Shown here piece after piece: positions 27,584-39,691 of a stretch of 57,282 bases of DNA. Within the stretch, counting starts at the first letter, position 1, and the number at the start of each line of letters is the position of its first letter. The notes below the pieces were generated by a model. That model made no database searches, had not been told where the DNA came from, and saw only the letters and a list, made by a program, of their open reading frames with translations. The DNA comes from Harriotta raleighana. Taxonomy: Eukaryota. The stretch lies in the NCBI GenBank assembly GCA_050575255.1, contig JBNZDD010013516.1:189683-246964 (forward strand), read 5' to 3'. The translations under genes and the position numbers were made by a program.

Positions 27584-27689
27584 TTAGTTCAAAATAGCTG
27601 GAAACCCGTGTATTTAAAAATAGATATGTCTGATCTGTTGGTGTTGTCTGTGACGAGGATTATTTAATAAATGAAGGTGTAAAGCCTGG

Positions 27690-27870
27690 CTCACCTGTGA
27701 GTTGAAGATTGAGTTCAGGCTACCCCATAAAGTGCTGTGCTTCAGATGAGACATTAAAACAAAACTCTCATCTGCCTGCTGAGATGAATGTTAAAGATCC
27801 TACGGCTCTATTCAAAGAGAGAAGGCAGTTTCAAGCCAATAATCCTGGACAACAATTCCCAAGTCATTGG
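27690..27870 (+). mobile_element. Ancient Deu-domain-type SINE remnant (AmnSINE/SacSINE/LF-SINE-like)
   Basis: cagatgagacattaaa...gatgaatgttaaagatcctacggctctattcaaagag...tcctggacaacaattcc resembles the conserved core from memory; related to 38250-38310 (-) and 55690-55760 (+). Confidence 0.6.
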
Positions 27871-28198
27871 TCATTCATCCTACAAGAGAACTGAGGCCAG
27901 AATTGCATTGCATTCTGAAGACATTAATAAATCTCTTATTTCACTCTCTCCCTCAATGCTTTAAACAGCCTTTGTAGAATTACAGCCTTATGAATCCTAG
28001 ATGTTCATTAAAACCATTTGAATCCTCGATTGCCACACATGATGCAATCTATTAGATTCCAGCTTGTATTGCACAAATGTTCCCCCCTCGGTTCGCAGTT
28101 TTATAATCTACAAAATGTGTCTTAATTTCATTCTGCTACAAAGTTCGAAGAAGGTTTGAATAATAATTCTCATTCATATCTTGTGTGTATTCTTTCAG

Positions 28199-28334
28199 CC
28201 TATTCCCAATTGGAAAATCATATCACGCCGTCCAACTACTTAGGAAACTCGGAATACAAACAAACACTTCCTCCATCATCGCCGGGCAGATACTCACCGA
28301 TTACCAAACCCATGGGTGATGATGAAATGACACG
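28199..28334 (+). CDS. DLG1: DLG1 PDZ2-PDZ3 linker exon (136 nt): (S)[44 protein letters not shown](R)
   Basis: Acceptor tttcAG, donor ACG/gtaagg; phase 1-2; SPxRYSP and GDDExTR motifs. Confidence 0.95.
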
Positions 28335-28469
28335 GTAAGGTGGCTTGGTGATACGTTTACAAGCTTGTTTGTGCTAGAGGGCAGGCATTAAACTATGTTC
28401 CCTTTTGTTCTGCTTACCTTTTGGGGGTCTATTGATCAGGGAAACTACTGCTCTCAGCCCAACTGAGGT

Positions 28470-28776
28470 GGAGTTCCTGTAGCTCAGTGGTTACAAGCAT
28501 GAGACCTGTGTTCGAATCCAGACAGGTCAGGGTGAAACCTTGGGCAAGTTTCCTTACTCTACGCGCCTAATAATAAACCCTCCAAAAAAAACTACAATAA
28601 TAAAATTGGGTCATTTGAATCCACGACTGTCTGTGGGGGACACTGCTGTGCGCAATCGTCTGCCGCGTTTTGCCCACAAATATATACAGTCAATTCACTT
28701 TACAGCGTATTCTGTGAAAAGCTTTGAGACGTCTGGAAACGTGAAAAGGCCGCCATATTAAAAATGCAAGGATTAT
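28470..28776 (+). mobile_element. Full-length SINE with a deletion in the tRNA head
   Basis: ggagttcctgtagctcagtggttacaagc...tail. Confidence 0.9.
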
Positions 28777-30039
28777 AACTGAGAAGCTAATGGTCCAGGT
28801 TTTATTAAATGAATCTTTGCGGCAGAGAAATCAGCTTGAGAGAGTTGATAATGAGATAAAAGCTCCAGTTCTGCTTTCTAGAGTGCATTGTACAGTAATT
28901 GAGGTTTTGACTCTTGAGGGGAAACAATTTTTTTTCTCTGATTCCGTGTTTCATTCACCGTCCTGCAGTCAGAATGAAATAATTACCATGAGAGGGAGAT
29001 GGAGTACGATCCCCCGTGGTTTGCTGCGTTGGATTTACTGATTCTTTAAGCCATTGTGTCAAAGGCAATTGGAAAATTCAACCCTCAAAACCGTAATAAA
29101 TAGCAGAATACAGCCATGCACTGAGGGCAAGAGACCAAGTCAATGCAAGATTTAATCAGTACTTAACCTTGGAAGAATTATAGTGTTATATCCTGACACT
29201 TAAAACTCTTTTTTTGCTCATTAATTATTCATATCATCATCATCATCATCATCATCCGGTGAGCACATCTGTGCACCTAAAGTTCTTGTAGCATTACTAT
29301 GTGATTTGGTTGTATGATTAGCAGTGCTGCGACTTCTAGAGCAGCCCTCAGCAAGGTAAGTATACAGACACACGTATGGAAGCACTTTACTACGCCTCAA
29401 CCCTGTTCAAACTTGCTTCCTTTTTTCTCAGTGATTTGGTTATAGTGGTTGCACACAGCCGTCCCGCAAACTTCCTGCGTGGCGGAAACCTTTCCCTTTC
29501 ACACTAAAATGGCTGCTAATTGCCAAAGGGGTCACTTCCCTACTTTGCGAACACAGGCAGTGATGTTGGCAGTGACCTGATGATCTGGACCTTGGCCTGT
29601 TTTATAGATCTAGAACTGGCTGTCACTTGGGATGTGAGCCAGCCAGTTGGACATTTCAAAATTGCTGTCACAACCTCATTACAGTGAGTGGGATGCTATG
29701 AACAGCCCCTAATCCCCCCCCCCCATCCCGCCCCCCCGTCCCCTTCCCCCCCCACACACTAATGCATAACATGCTCCCAATATGTCTTTAAATATATATA
29801 CACTATACAAGTGTAATTCTGCTAATGTTACAGTGGTCTATTTTACTTGTGAGATTGGAACACTGCGTCTCATAAATCATGTGTTGAGAAGTGTTGCATC
29901 TTCTATGATTTTAATAGGTTGTCCACTGGTCCATTTGTAACTACCGGAGTGGAACTTTCAGCTCCATGATTCTGGTGGGCAAAATGCTTAAACATTTACA
30001 CTAGGGCTGTCAAAATTCATATTAAAAAAAATAAGAGAG

Positions 30040-30760
30040 AGCAACCTGAAGAATGGTCATGCTCGGTGAGATTACTGGAACTCTTTGAGGCTGTAGCAAA
30101 GCATNAATTTTTTTTAAAAAGAGAGAGCAACCTGAAGAATGGTCATGCTCGGTGAGATTACTGGAACTCTTTGAGGCTGTAGCAAAGCATTTTCGATCAG
30201 GGCAATCTTGGGGTAGTTTATTTGGATTTCCGGAAGGTATTTGATGAATATTCAGTATAATGCCGTTTGACAAATTAATTGGTAACACAGCCAATTGCAA
30301 AGTTGCTTAGCAGTCAAAATCGATACGATGATAAATGAAACGAGCTCTACCTAAGCAACACTTTCAACATGCATCTATTCTAGGTGTGTTTCTGTTGTCA
30401 AGCTGCATAGAAACAGGGGAAGGTCATTCAGCTCATAGTCTGCTTCACCAGTTTATAGCAGATCTTTTAATCCTATTTTGTACCTGTTCTCCATAAGGCC
30501 GAATTGCCTCGTGTCCCAAGTGAAGATGTCGATGTCTTCGCCCCTAGCACTCCCGAGAATGAAGTGCGTTTGATAAAGGATGTTGTTTCAGGACATCCTG
30601 AAATATAAAACTTGCTGATGGTGCCAAGCTGTTGGATGAGTGATGAGTAGGAGAGATAAATGGACCTCGACAAATTGACTTAATTAGGTGGCTGGTGCTA
30701 AAGAATGCTTCACGTAGATGATAAATTTAAGGTTTGTCCACATTACTGAAGTTGGAAGAG
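30040..30760 (+). mobile_element. Degenerate CR1-type RT remnant
   Basis: Motifs LLELFE, VVYLDFRKVFD, KLADGAKL (cf. KFADDTKL) and DLDKL. Confidence 0.68.
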
Positions 30761-31958
30761 GACTGTAGTAAGACTGTTGACTTTACAGCTCCTTGGGACA
30801 TCCTCCCGAAGTGAAAAGCACTCTATAAATGTAATTTTGTTGTTGTTTCTTCTGAGTCAGCTTTAACCACAGCATCTGATTCAATGATATTGTTATGTGC
30901 TGTGTTTGATAATTGTAGAATGATTTTCAGCAAGGTTTTATTAGGCTAAGCTTTTAAGGGCAGATCAGATCTGGTTCGGCTCTGAAGGGTTTTTCTGTCT
31001 GTCGTTTGTCATTGTCAGCGTGCTCACTATTGTCTATGAAATGCTTCATATTTCTTTGTAACTGTGTTTTTAATGACAGCATTTCACAGAGCTGGATCCG
31101 GCATCACCCTTGATGACAGGAACTTCTTTCTGCTCCTATTTTTTTATCCTGTCAAATCAACAGTGAATTTAAATGGACAACATTATGTTTTCTTTAAATG
31201 TCTACATTCTGATCCACTCATGAGCAGCTGCCTTAAAGCATCCTGATTCCAGTGTCATATACACATCTCAGAGAATCTTTTAATGGAATCTTATTTTAAA
31301 TTCATTTTAACTGAATACTGTACTATACACAGGTGCTTGTACGATCAGTACTGTACTTAAATCTGGATACACATTTTTTGAACGATAAAAAAAAATTGCT
31401 GAATCATTCTAATCCCTTTTTTGTTGCAAAAACAAAAAAGGAGGCAAGAACTGCATACACTAGTCTAGGGGGGAGTGCGGCTGTGAGATTCTGTGTAGAC
31501 TTCGAAGTGGTAATGAAGCAGTTCTTGTAAGTTGTGGCGCACAATATAGGCATAAATGACTAAATTAGCAAAATTGTACTGCTCATGTGGAAGAAAATCA
31601 TCTTAGTCTTGTGTGGTTGTGTTTTTTTAATATAAAAAAGGTGTTTTTTTCTCTTGTAGTTCACTGGTGTCTGTACATGTTTCACTGTTCTGAGCCAATT
31701 TCAAGAGCTAGGTTTCCCTGTAGACTGTCAGATAAGGTTTCAGTCATACTGACGTGGGCGTGGGCTTTGTGTTCTTGAGATCTTGGCAATGCTATTGCAT
31801 CTCACTTTCCATTTTCAACACTTATTTCAAAGGACGACTCAGCTCTCAGCTACAGATCTTTGTTCCTGTGTAGTGGAGACAGTCGCTTGTTCTGGTTTCA
31901 GTGTCCGTTTCCCAATTCAGCTGCTTGGCATTTCAGTTGAAATCTTGCAGCTCTTCGT

Positions 31959-32280
31959 AAATCCAGACAGGTCAGGGCGAAACCTTGGGCAAGTTTCCTT
32001 ACTCCACAGACACACACCTAATAATAATTCCCCCCCCCCCCNNNNNNNNNNNNNNNNNNNNNNNCCCCCCCCCAAAAAACCACAATAATAAAAAATTGGT
32101 CATTTCAATCCACAACTGTTTGTGGGGGACGCTGTTGTGTGCAATTGGCTGCCGCGTTTCGCCCACAAATATACGCCAGTCAATTCACTTTACAGTACTG
32201 TATATTCTGTGAAGTGCTTTGAGACGTCGATGAGATGTGAAAAGCGCTATATCAAAATGCAATGATTATTATATTATATT
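31959..32280 (+). mobile_element. 5'-truncated SINE spanning an N gap in a poly-C run
   Basis: Consensus from the B-box end to the tail. Confidence 0.88.
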
Positions 32281-32326
32281 GCGACAGAGTTTTAGCCATT
32301 ACATTTTATATGATATTTCTGTTACC

Positions 32327-32434
32327 TAATAATAATAATCCTTGCATTTGATATAGCGCTTTTCACATCTTATCGACGTCCCAAAGCGCTTCACAGAATA
32401 TACTGTAAAGTGAATTGACTGTATATTTGTGGGC
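32327..32434 (-). mobile_element. SINE tail, inverted relative to the previous copy
   Basis: Reverse complement tail. Confidence 0.88.
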
Positions 32435-33230
32435 AGAACAATGCCTTGTAACAAGGCCTGAAAAATTTGTTTTTGTCGTAGCTTTTTCTGACAACCCCAT
32501 TGGCTTTATCCAACCAACTAGCCCCCGTCACAGGCTGCTGTGTTTCTCTTAACATGCGACATCCCATTAACGGGAACTGAGAATACAATGGAAGGAGTTG
32601 ACAAATATGATCTCTTTACCTGACCTGAATTTTCTCACAGTGCCACTAAGTACCTCTTATTAAAGAGAGAGAAGCACTCTAGAACGAATGTGCAAATATA
32701 TTTAGCATTTACTTTCTTCCTCAGTCACTCATTAAAGCTGATAACTAGGTAAGTGGGGAATTACTAGTACACACTAGTCACCTATCGGGTCAGTCTGCGA
32801 CAGAGTTTCAGACGATTGTGTAACGTTTTTTAAAAATACGTTTTAGCTGGAATAATGTGATGCTATTATAACATGTTGGGAGTTAAAATCCATCAGTCCC
32901 CTGGTCTATGCAACTGCTTTTAATGCACTTCTTGTGCAATTGCATTGATTTGAAACAGCTGAAAGGGAAGATGCTTTGTTTTATGATGTGTGAAATGAAT
33001 GTGACCTAAAAATGTTCCCAGGGGAAATTAGAACATTAACAAATCTTCAAACACAATGAAAAGCTGTCTTGCTGTGGGTCCCCGTCTCTCCATGAATTGT
33101 ACACTTGCACAAACATCGCCAATGCTCCTCACAATATCGCTTGCGGGCTTGTTCGCTTGTGCTCCTCAGCAGCCTCACAGCCCTATGCCCCGAGGTCTAT
33201 TCATTGCTTGCTTGGCTGGGGGATATTAAG

Positions 33231-33522
33231 AATAATAATCCTTGCATTTGATATACAGTAGTGCTTTTCACGTCTTCTATTCATTGCAAAGCGCTTCACA
33301 GAATATACTATAAAATGAATTGACTGTATATTTGTGGGAAAAACACAGTGTCCTACAAACAGTTCATGGATTGAGTGACCAAATTGTTATTTATTTATTT
33401 TCCTGGGAGATTATTATCAGGCATGTGTAGCGAGGAAACTTGCCCAAGGTTTCGCCCTGCTGGGAATCAAACCCAGGTCTCTTTGCTTGCGAGGCAAGTG
33501 CTCTAACCACTGAGCTATGGGA
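33231..33522 (-). mobile_element. Full-length, more diverged SINE
   Basis: Tail to head, ending ...gctctaaccactgagctatgg. Confidence 0.85.
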
Positions 33523-35439
33523 TGTTACCAAAACTAGCGTTCAAGAAAGTCAGGGATTAGAGAGAACACCACATTAACTGGTATTTAAGGATTGGTACAA
33601 AATTTAAATAGTAGACTATATAATTGTCCATAAATCAAGTGAAAGGACTCTGTTAAAATCAAATGACTTTGCAAAACTAGCAATATTTATATTTTTTGAA
33701 TATCACAAAATATTTCTAGCTTTCTTCGTTCTTTGTTCGTGTAAACATTCATCGGGGGATTTTCCATCAAATAAGCTAAGTGGCTTTTTATTTGTTCTGT
33801 GTAGGACACAGTTAGGGAAATGCTTATAGAATTGGGCAATGTTTACAACACATATGCCCAGGGTAATAGACCCTACCGACACACTGTGACGTGTTCTGTA
33901 TTTCACATTGTGCCCAGCATTTCCTGTCTGATGTAAAATCCTGGCCCATTGCTTTACACGACGGAACAAAACGGAATATTTGGGTGATGTTTTAAAAGGG
34001 AAACATTGCTGTCTTTGGGAAGCGGAGAGTCTATTTGTAGAAATTCAAGATCATTAAATTGATCTTGAATTCCATGATACCCATATGGGTCCTGCTGTTT
34101 TGCTGCAAGGGGACCTGTTAATCCAGTAGAGATATGCTGCGTCAGCTGCTTTGTTCCGTGAAGCCGATGTTTTTGTCCAGCCATTACATTGTGAGCTCTT
34201 GAATGCCTTATCCAATGGCTTCCCAAAGCCTCCCTGCCTTCTCCATGGATCACGGGAGTGTGTTTGCTGAACTCTGCCGGGAGGTAATTATCTCTTCCTC
34301 AGGTGGAGGTTAGATTTAGAGATGCTGCTCGCGGTTTCTCTTGACGTTTTACCCACAGCCTGCCTTGACCTCTGGGGCAATCCTAATGAGAGGATTGCGG
34401 AAGGAAGGCTGTTGCATTCCTCAGCTTGGTCACAGCTTGTTTTGTGAGTGAGTGAGGGAGGGAGGGAGGCGTTTGCAACTGGACAGCATGTAATGAGATG
34501 TACATGCTGCTTTCAAATCTCCTTCAGTAACGCAGCACGTCATCTTGACAGCAGCGACAGCCTACTGCCCACGAACAACTGAACTAAACGTTAGTTCAAT
34601 GAAAATATGGAATGATTTAATCCACATTTCGTTTGTTCGTGTGATGGGAGCCAGGATTAAACCTGTTACCTAATGGTCCCTCTGTATATACAGTGTTTTA
34701 AAAGTGCAATATGGACAAGTGGACATCCTCCCGACGTGAAAGGCGCTATATAAATATAATTTTGATTGATTGATTGAAGTAATACTGTACTGCAAAGCTT
34801 TAGCGAGAAGCAAATAAGCAGCAGTTTACATTTTGCAATATGCTTGCTAGTAAATTTACTAGTTAACATTATTAGGCTATTATTAGACCATAAGATGGAA
34901 GAGAGGTAATAATGATAATAATCTTTGCATTTGATATGGCGCTTTTCACATCCCATGTGCTGGGAAATAATTTACAGCTATTACAGGCAGTATGTCTTAA
35001 ACTCTACAGGTCACAATCTAGATGAAATCTTTGTGTTCTTCGGCAGATTTCACTTGATCCTCAGTTTCCTTGAGTAAAACCTCTGCCTTATTAAGGCATT
35101 CCTTTGCGATTGATACTCCTTTACTTGCTTTTTTTCCCCTTTAGACTAGCCCCTGCCCACTAACCTGAGACGCCGCTCGGGGTGGAGGGGGCTACATAAA
35201 TAAATCCAAGTTGTTGTGCTTGTCGTCGTTGTATACCATTCCACATCCAAGGTTTAGTCCAGGCCGATGTCATGTGCTCAGGTCTCTGCTGGCTCAGTGA
35301 GTTGTCCTCCGCTGCACTCTTTTATATTAAGGTCAGCTCTTAGGGAAAAACATATCCAGCAGAGCTTGATAAATATTGAATCTAGTAATTGGATTTGTCT
35401 TCATTTTTGCTTCCCCCACCATCAGTCAGTCAGTGTATG

Positions 35440-36082
35440 TTAATCTTTGCATTTTCACCTTTCTTCTAAACGTCTCAAAGCGCTTCACGGGAACGTACTG
35501 TAAAGTGAATTGACTGCACGTATTTGTGAGCGACGTGCGGCAACGTACAGCAGTGTCCCGCAAACAGTCGTGGATTGAAATGACCAATTTTTGTGTACTG
35601 CGAAGAAATTGTTTCATTAAGAGCGTCACAAGGAAGTTCCTAGAGCAGCGTTTTCTAATCCTGGGATCGCATTTACGATTTCCTCCCAAGTCTAGCGGTG
35701 CCCTCAAAAAAATAAATAGAGTTCTCAAATACTATATATATATATATATATTTTTAAATTATCAAATCTAAAAAAGAACTACGAGTTTCTCAAAAAAAAG
35801 GAGATGACAGACGACAGATAAAAAGATTGGTCANTTTTTAATTATCAAATCTAAAAAAGAACTACGAGTTTCTCAAAAAAAAGGAGATGACAGACGACAG
35901 ATAAAAAGATTGGTCATTTCAATCCATGACTGTTCGTGGGGGACGCAGCTGTGCGCAATTGGCTGCCGTGTTTCTCCCACAAATATATACAGTCGATTCA
36001 CTTTACAGTATATTCTGTGAGACGCTTTGAGACGTCGATAAGATGTGATAAGCGCCACATCAAATGCAAGGATTATTATTAT
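35440..36082. mobile_element. Two SINE 3' halves in opposite orientation (35440-35592 minus; 35908-36082 plus)
   Basis: Core and tail present on each strand. Confidence 0.82.
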
Positions 36083-36099
36083 GAGTAGTAGTATAATTA

Positions 36100-36850
36100 T
36101 AGATACAATGAGGGCATTGAAAGATGACAAGTCAACAGGACCAGATGGGCTACACACTGGGAAATGTAGGGAAGTGGCTAATGAAACCTGGCAGATCCGG
36201 TGGGTTCCTTCAGGGCCTCGCTGGAAGATCGAGAATAAGTAAGTCACAGCATTGGTTGTGGGCTAACACATAGCGATGGGGCAGGTTCCCACCTGTTGTA
36301 CTGCGTAAAGCTCTGCTGGTCAGACTGCACTGGAGGTAGCTCGCCTCGGAGAGAGTGTTCTGCGCCTTGGGACGTCCTCCCGACGTGAAAGGCGCTCTAT
36401 AAGTGCAACTTTGTTGTTGTATTTTGTTGTTGTAAGTAGGCGTATTGATGGTGGTCATGTAGGTACTCTGTGAAGTGCTTTGAGATATCTAGAAGATGTG
36501 AAGCGCGATACGTCAAATGTAAGGATTATTATTATTAATTACTATTAGCTGCAAGCAAGAGACCGGGAATAGGTACGCTGGAGAGAAGAAGATGAAGGAA
36601 TAATCTGGTTGATATTTTTTCCTGAGTTTTAAATGGCAATAGATATAAGATTGATATAACTCCCAATAATATGTTCAGTTGAGTCATGAGTCTACAAGAC
36701 AAGGATTTTTGTCTCAAACTCAGAAGAGGGAAAGTGACCAGCCACGGGAAAGGTGATCTAACTGCTCATCAAAGCACTTGTTGAGTGTGTGCAGGAGATT
36801 CCGCAATTAAGCAGTGAAAATCGATTGCATTGACAATCTCAAGAGACAAA
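36100..36850 (+). mobile_element. CR1 remnants (36100-36190 and about 36560-36850) interrupted by L2 and SINE tails
   Basis: LKDDKSTGPDGLH..REVA is the CR1 pre-RT motif; L2 tail at about 36360-36435 and SINE tail at about 36466-36535. Confidence 0.6.
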
Positions 36851-37944
36851 TAAAATGAATATATAAATAATAATACAGTACAATAATAATCCTTGCATAT
36901 AATATAGCGCTTTTCACATCTTAATTATGTAGTGTGATTTAAAACTAAAATCTGGACCACTTAATAAAGGTTCAGGTTGCTTTAATGTTTTTTATACAAA
37001 CCATAAGTACCAGAAGTAGTAGTCTTGAGCTGTTTTACACCGACATTATTTTATTTCACCTAATGTAGATATGAAAAAAGTTTAATGTAATTGTGCATAC
37101 AAATCAGGATTTTTAAAATTTATTTCCGGGGCATTGGGTGGCGGTGGAGGAAAGAATTGAGTGTAAATTTATCATAAATTAGATTTTAAAATAAAGTTAT
37201 TCATTTATTGTCTAAATCACTAAAGTACCTCACTAACGTAAGTTAGTTTTTAAGATTCATTATTCTACCAACTCTCAAGGGCTCTTCGTAATAGCAAGGA
37301 TGATTCTTTTGTATGAAGAGTTATGTTTGCCTGATAGGTACTTCTCAGCCAGGTAAGATTTTGGTTAGTCATATAGAGTAGCTTGATTTGGGTGGGTTAT
37401 TTATTGTTAATCTGATGTAGATCCAAGTCTTTCTATATTGTAGTAAAATGATCAGACTAGTGTATTGTGGTGACAACTCAGAGTGACTATGAAATTTCAC
37501 TTCCGATTTTATTCTATTTGAAAAATGAAATTGAATTTAGTCTTAATTCCGTGCTGTGGTGATGCATTTCTGCACACTGTGACATACCTGACCATACTAT
37601 TGCACTTGTGTAATTTAGATTGAGGTGGAACACCTTTTCCTACATTAGCTCTGTTAAGTGTCCAAAGTCCAGTGAGTTAACTTGTTTTTACTACATTTTG
37701 AAGAAAATGTAGTGGGAATGGATTGGTTTGGAAAATAATAATCACTTAATATTTTATATAAAAAAGTCAAATTCCATGTACAACATTTCCATTCAATTTA
37801 GTATAAGAATGTATGAATTTAGATTTTTTTATAAGATTATAATTTGGGTCAATGATAATTGAGGATCAGTTTGATATTTCTTCCAATTTCTTAATTGGCT
37901 AAAAAGAAATATCACGATTGAAAATCTTTTATCTCTGGTCAACA

Positions 37945-38938
37945 AATATAAACAAAGAAATTAAACTTTTATAGCACCTCTTCACATCGAGGCATCTCAA
38001 AAGCTCTTCACGAGTAATTAGTTACTACAAATCCAGTGCAGTGAAGGTTTATTAGGCAAGAGCGACAGCCATTTGTGCCATCAAGGTTACAGGAACAGCC
38101 ACAAAGTGATCATAGAATTATGTAGCACAGAAGGAGGCTATCTCGGCCTATTGTGTCTACTCTTTGGAAAGAACTGTCCAAATCAATCCCACTCGCCTCT
38201 CTCCCCATAGCTCTGCAAACTTGTCCTCCCCAAATAATTATCTGTAAGATTGTTGGCCAAGACACCAGAAGAAACTCCCCACTCATTTCAAATACCGTCA
38301 CGGGATCCATTATATTCCCACAAATATACAGCTGTTTTTTCCTGCTCTCCTTCCCCCTACCCCGACTCCGTTCTTTGCCATCTTTTCCCCCTTTCTCCCC
38401 TAACCCCAATTCCATGACTGTTTGTGGGATACTGCTGTGCGCAATTTGGCTGCCGCGTTTCGTCCCCAAATATACAGTCAATTTTTTCCTTCTTTCCTTC
38501 CCCCAACTCCTCCCCCAAGCACCCCCTTTCCACTCTGATCCCTATTTGACTGTACGCACTTTGGGACGTCCTCCCGACGTGAAAGGCGCTATATAAATGT
38601 AATTTTGATTGATTGATCTTATCGATGTCTCAAAGCGCTTCACAGAATTTACTGTAAAGTGAATTGACTGTATATTTGTGGGCGAAATGTGGCAGCCAAT
38701 TGCGCATAGCAGTGTCCCCCACAAACAGTCATGGATTGAAATGATCAATTTTATTATTGTGGTATTTTTGAGGGATTATTATTAGATGTGTGTGTGTATT
38801 GTGTGTGTTGTGTGTGTGTGTGTGTGTGNNNNNNNNNNTGTGTGTGTGTGTGTGTGTGGAGTTAAGTTTTCACCCTGACCTGCCTGGATTCGAACACAAG
38901 TAAGGCGAGTGCTCTAACCACTGAGCTACAGGAGCTCC
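37945..38938. mobile_element. Nested repeat cluster: old Deu-type SINE (-), CR1 3' end (-), SINE core (+), L2 tail (+), full SINE (-, 38616-38938)
   Basis: See the finding at the same coordinates. Each part matches other copies in the window or family hallmarks. Confidence 0.72.
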
Positions 38939-39339
38939 ACAAAAGGGCAGATTTGTGCCCCATATGCAGCTGACGCACCTCATCTCAGTGCCACACATCA
39001 CATTGCAAGTGTTCGGCGAGCTATTCATATGTAGGGGGCGTCACAGGAGTCAGAATAATTCCAACATCTGACGCCCAGCACACGGAGGGAGCAGGGAACA
39101 TGGGGGATTGATTTCCTCTCCCTAGTTCAGGGACTCTTGAGGCCAACTGCAGAGCGATGATTGGCACTCCAGCCTGAGACTGGCCGACAGCACAGACTGG
39201 GGACTGAACGTGGGACCTCTGTGTGGCTTAGTTCCCACAATGCAAACTTGCAAACTGAGCCATTGGAGAAACAGGACTGCGTAAAATCAGGAAAGGTTAC
39301 TTCTGGTCCCATTTTCTAACCCCTCTCCACTTCTTTTAT

Positions 39340-39691
39340 GGAGTTCCTGTAGCTCAGTGGTTATAGCACTCGCCTTATAAACGTGAGACCTGTGTTCAAA
39401 TCCAGGTAGATCAGGGCGAAACCTTGGGCAAGTTTCCTTACTCCACACACACACACACACACACACAAGCCTAATAAAAATCCGTCCAAAGAAAAACATA
39501 ATAATAAAATTGGTCATTTTAATCCACAACTGTTTGTGGGGGACGCTGCTGTGTGCAGTTGGCTGCTGCGTTTCGTCCACAAATATACAGTCAATTCACT
39601 TTACAGTATATTCTGTGAAGCGCTTTGAGACATCTGGATGATGTGAAAAGCTCCATATCAAAATGCAAGGATTAGTATTATTATTATTATT
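39340..39691 (+). mobile_element. Full-length tRNA-derived SINE
   Basis: ggagttcctgtagctcagtgg..., internal (CA)n, core, tail. Confidence 0.93.

Noticed and set aside
28199-28334. Assigning the gene as DLG2, DLG3 or DLG4
   Set aside because: The I1A+I1B inserts, [21 protein letters not shown] and [19 protein letters not shown] fit DLG1; only the linker is DLG2-like.
39340-39412. tRNA genes in the SINE heads
   Set aside because: No pairing acceptor stem and no T-rich terminator; each head continues into SINE body.
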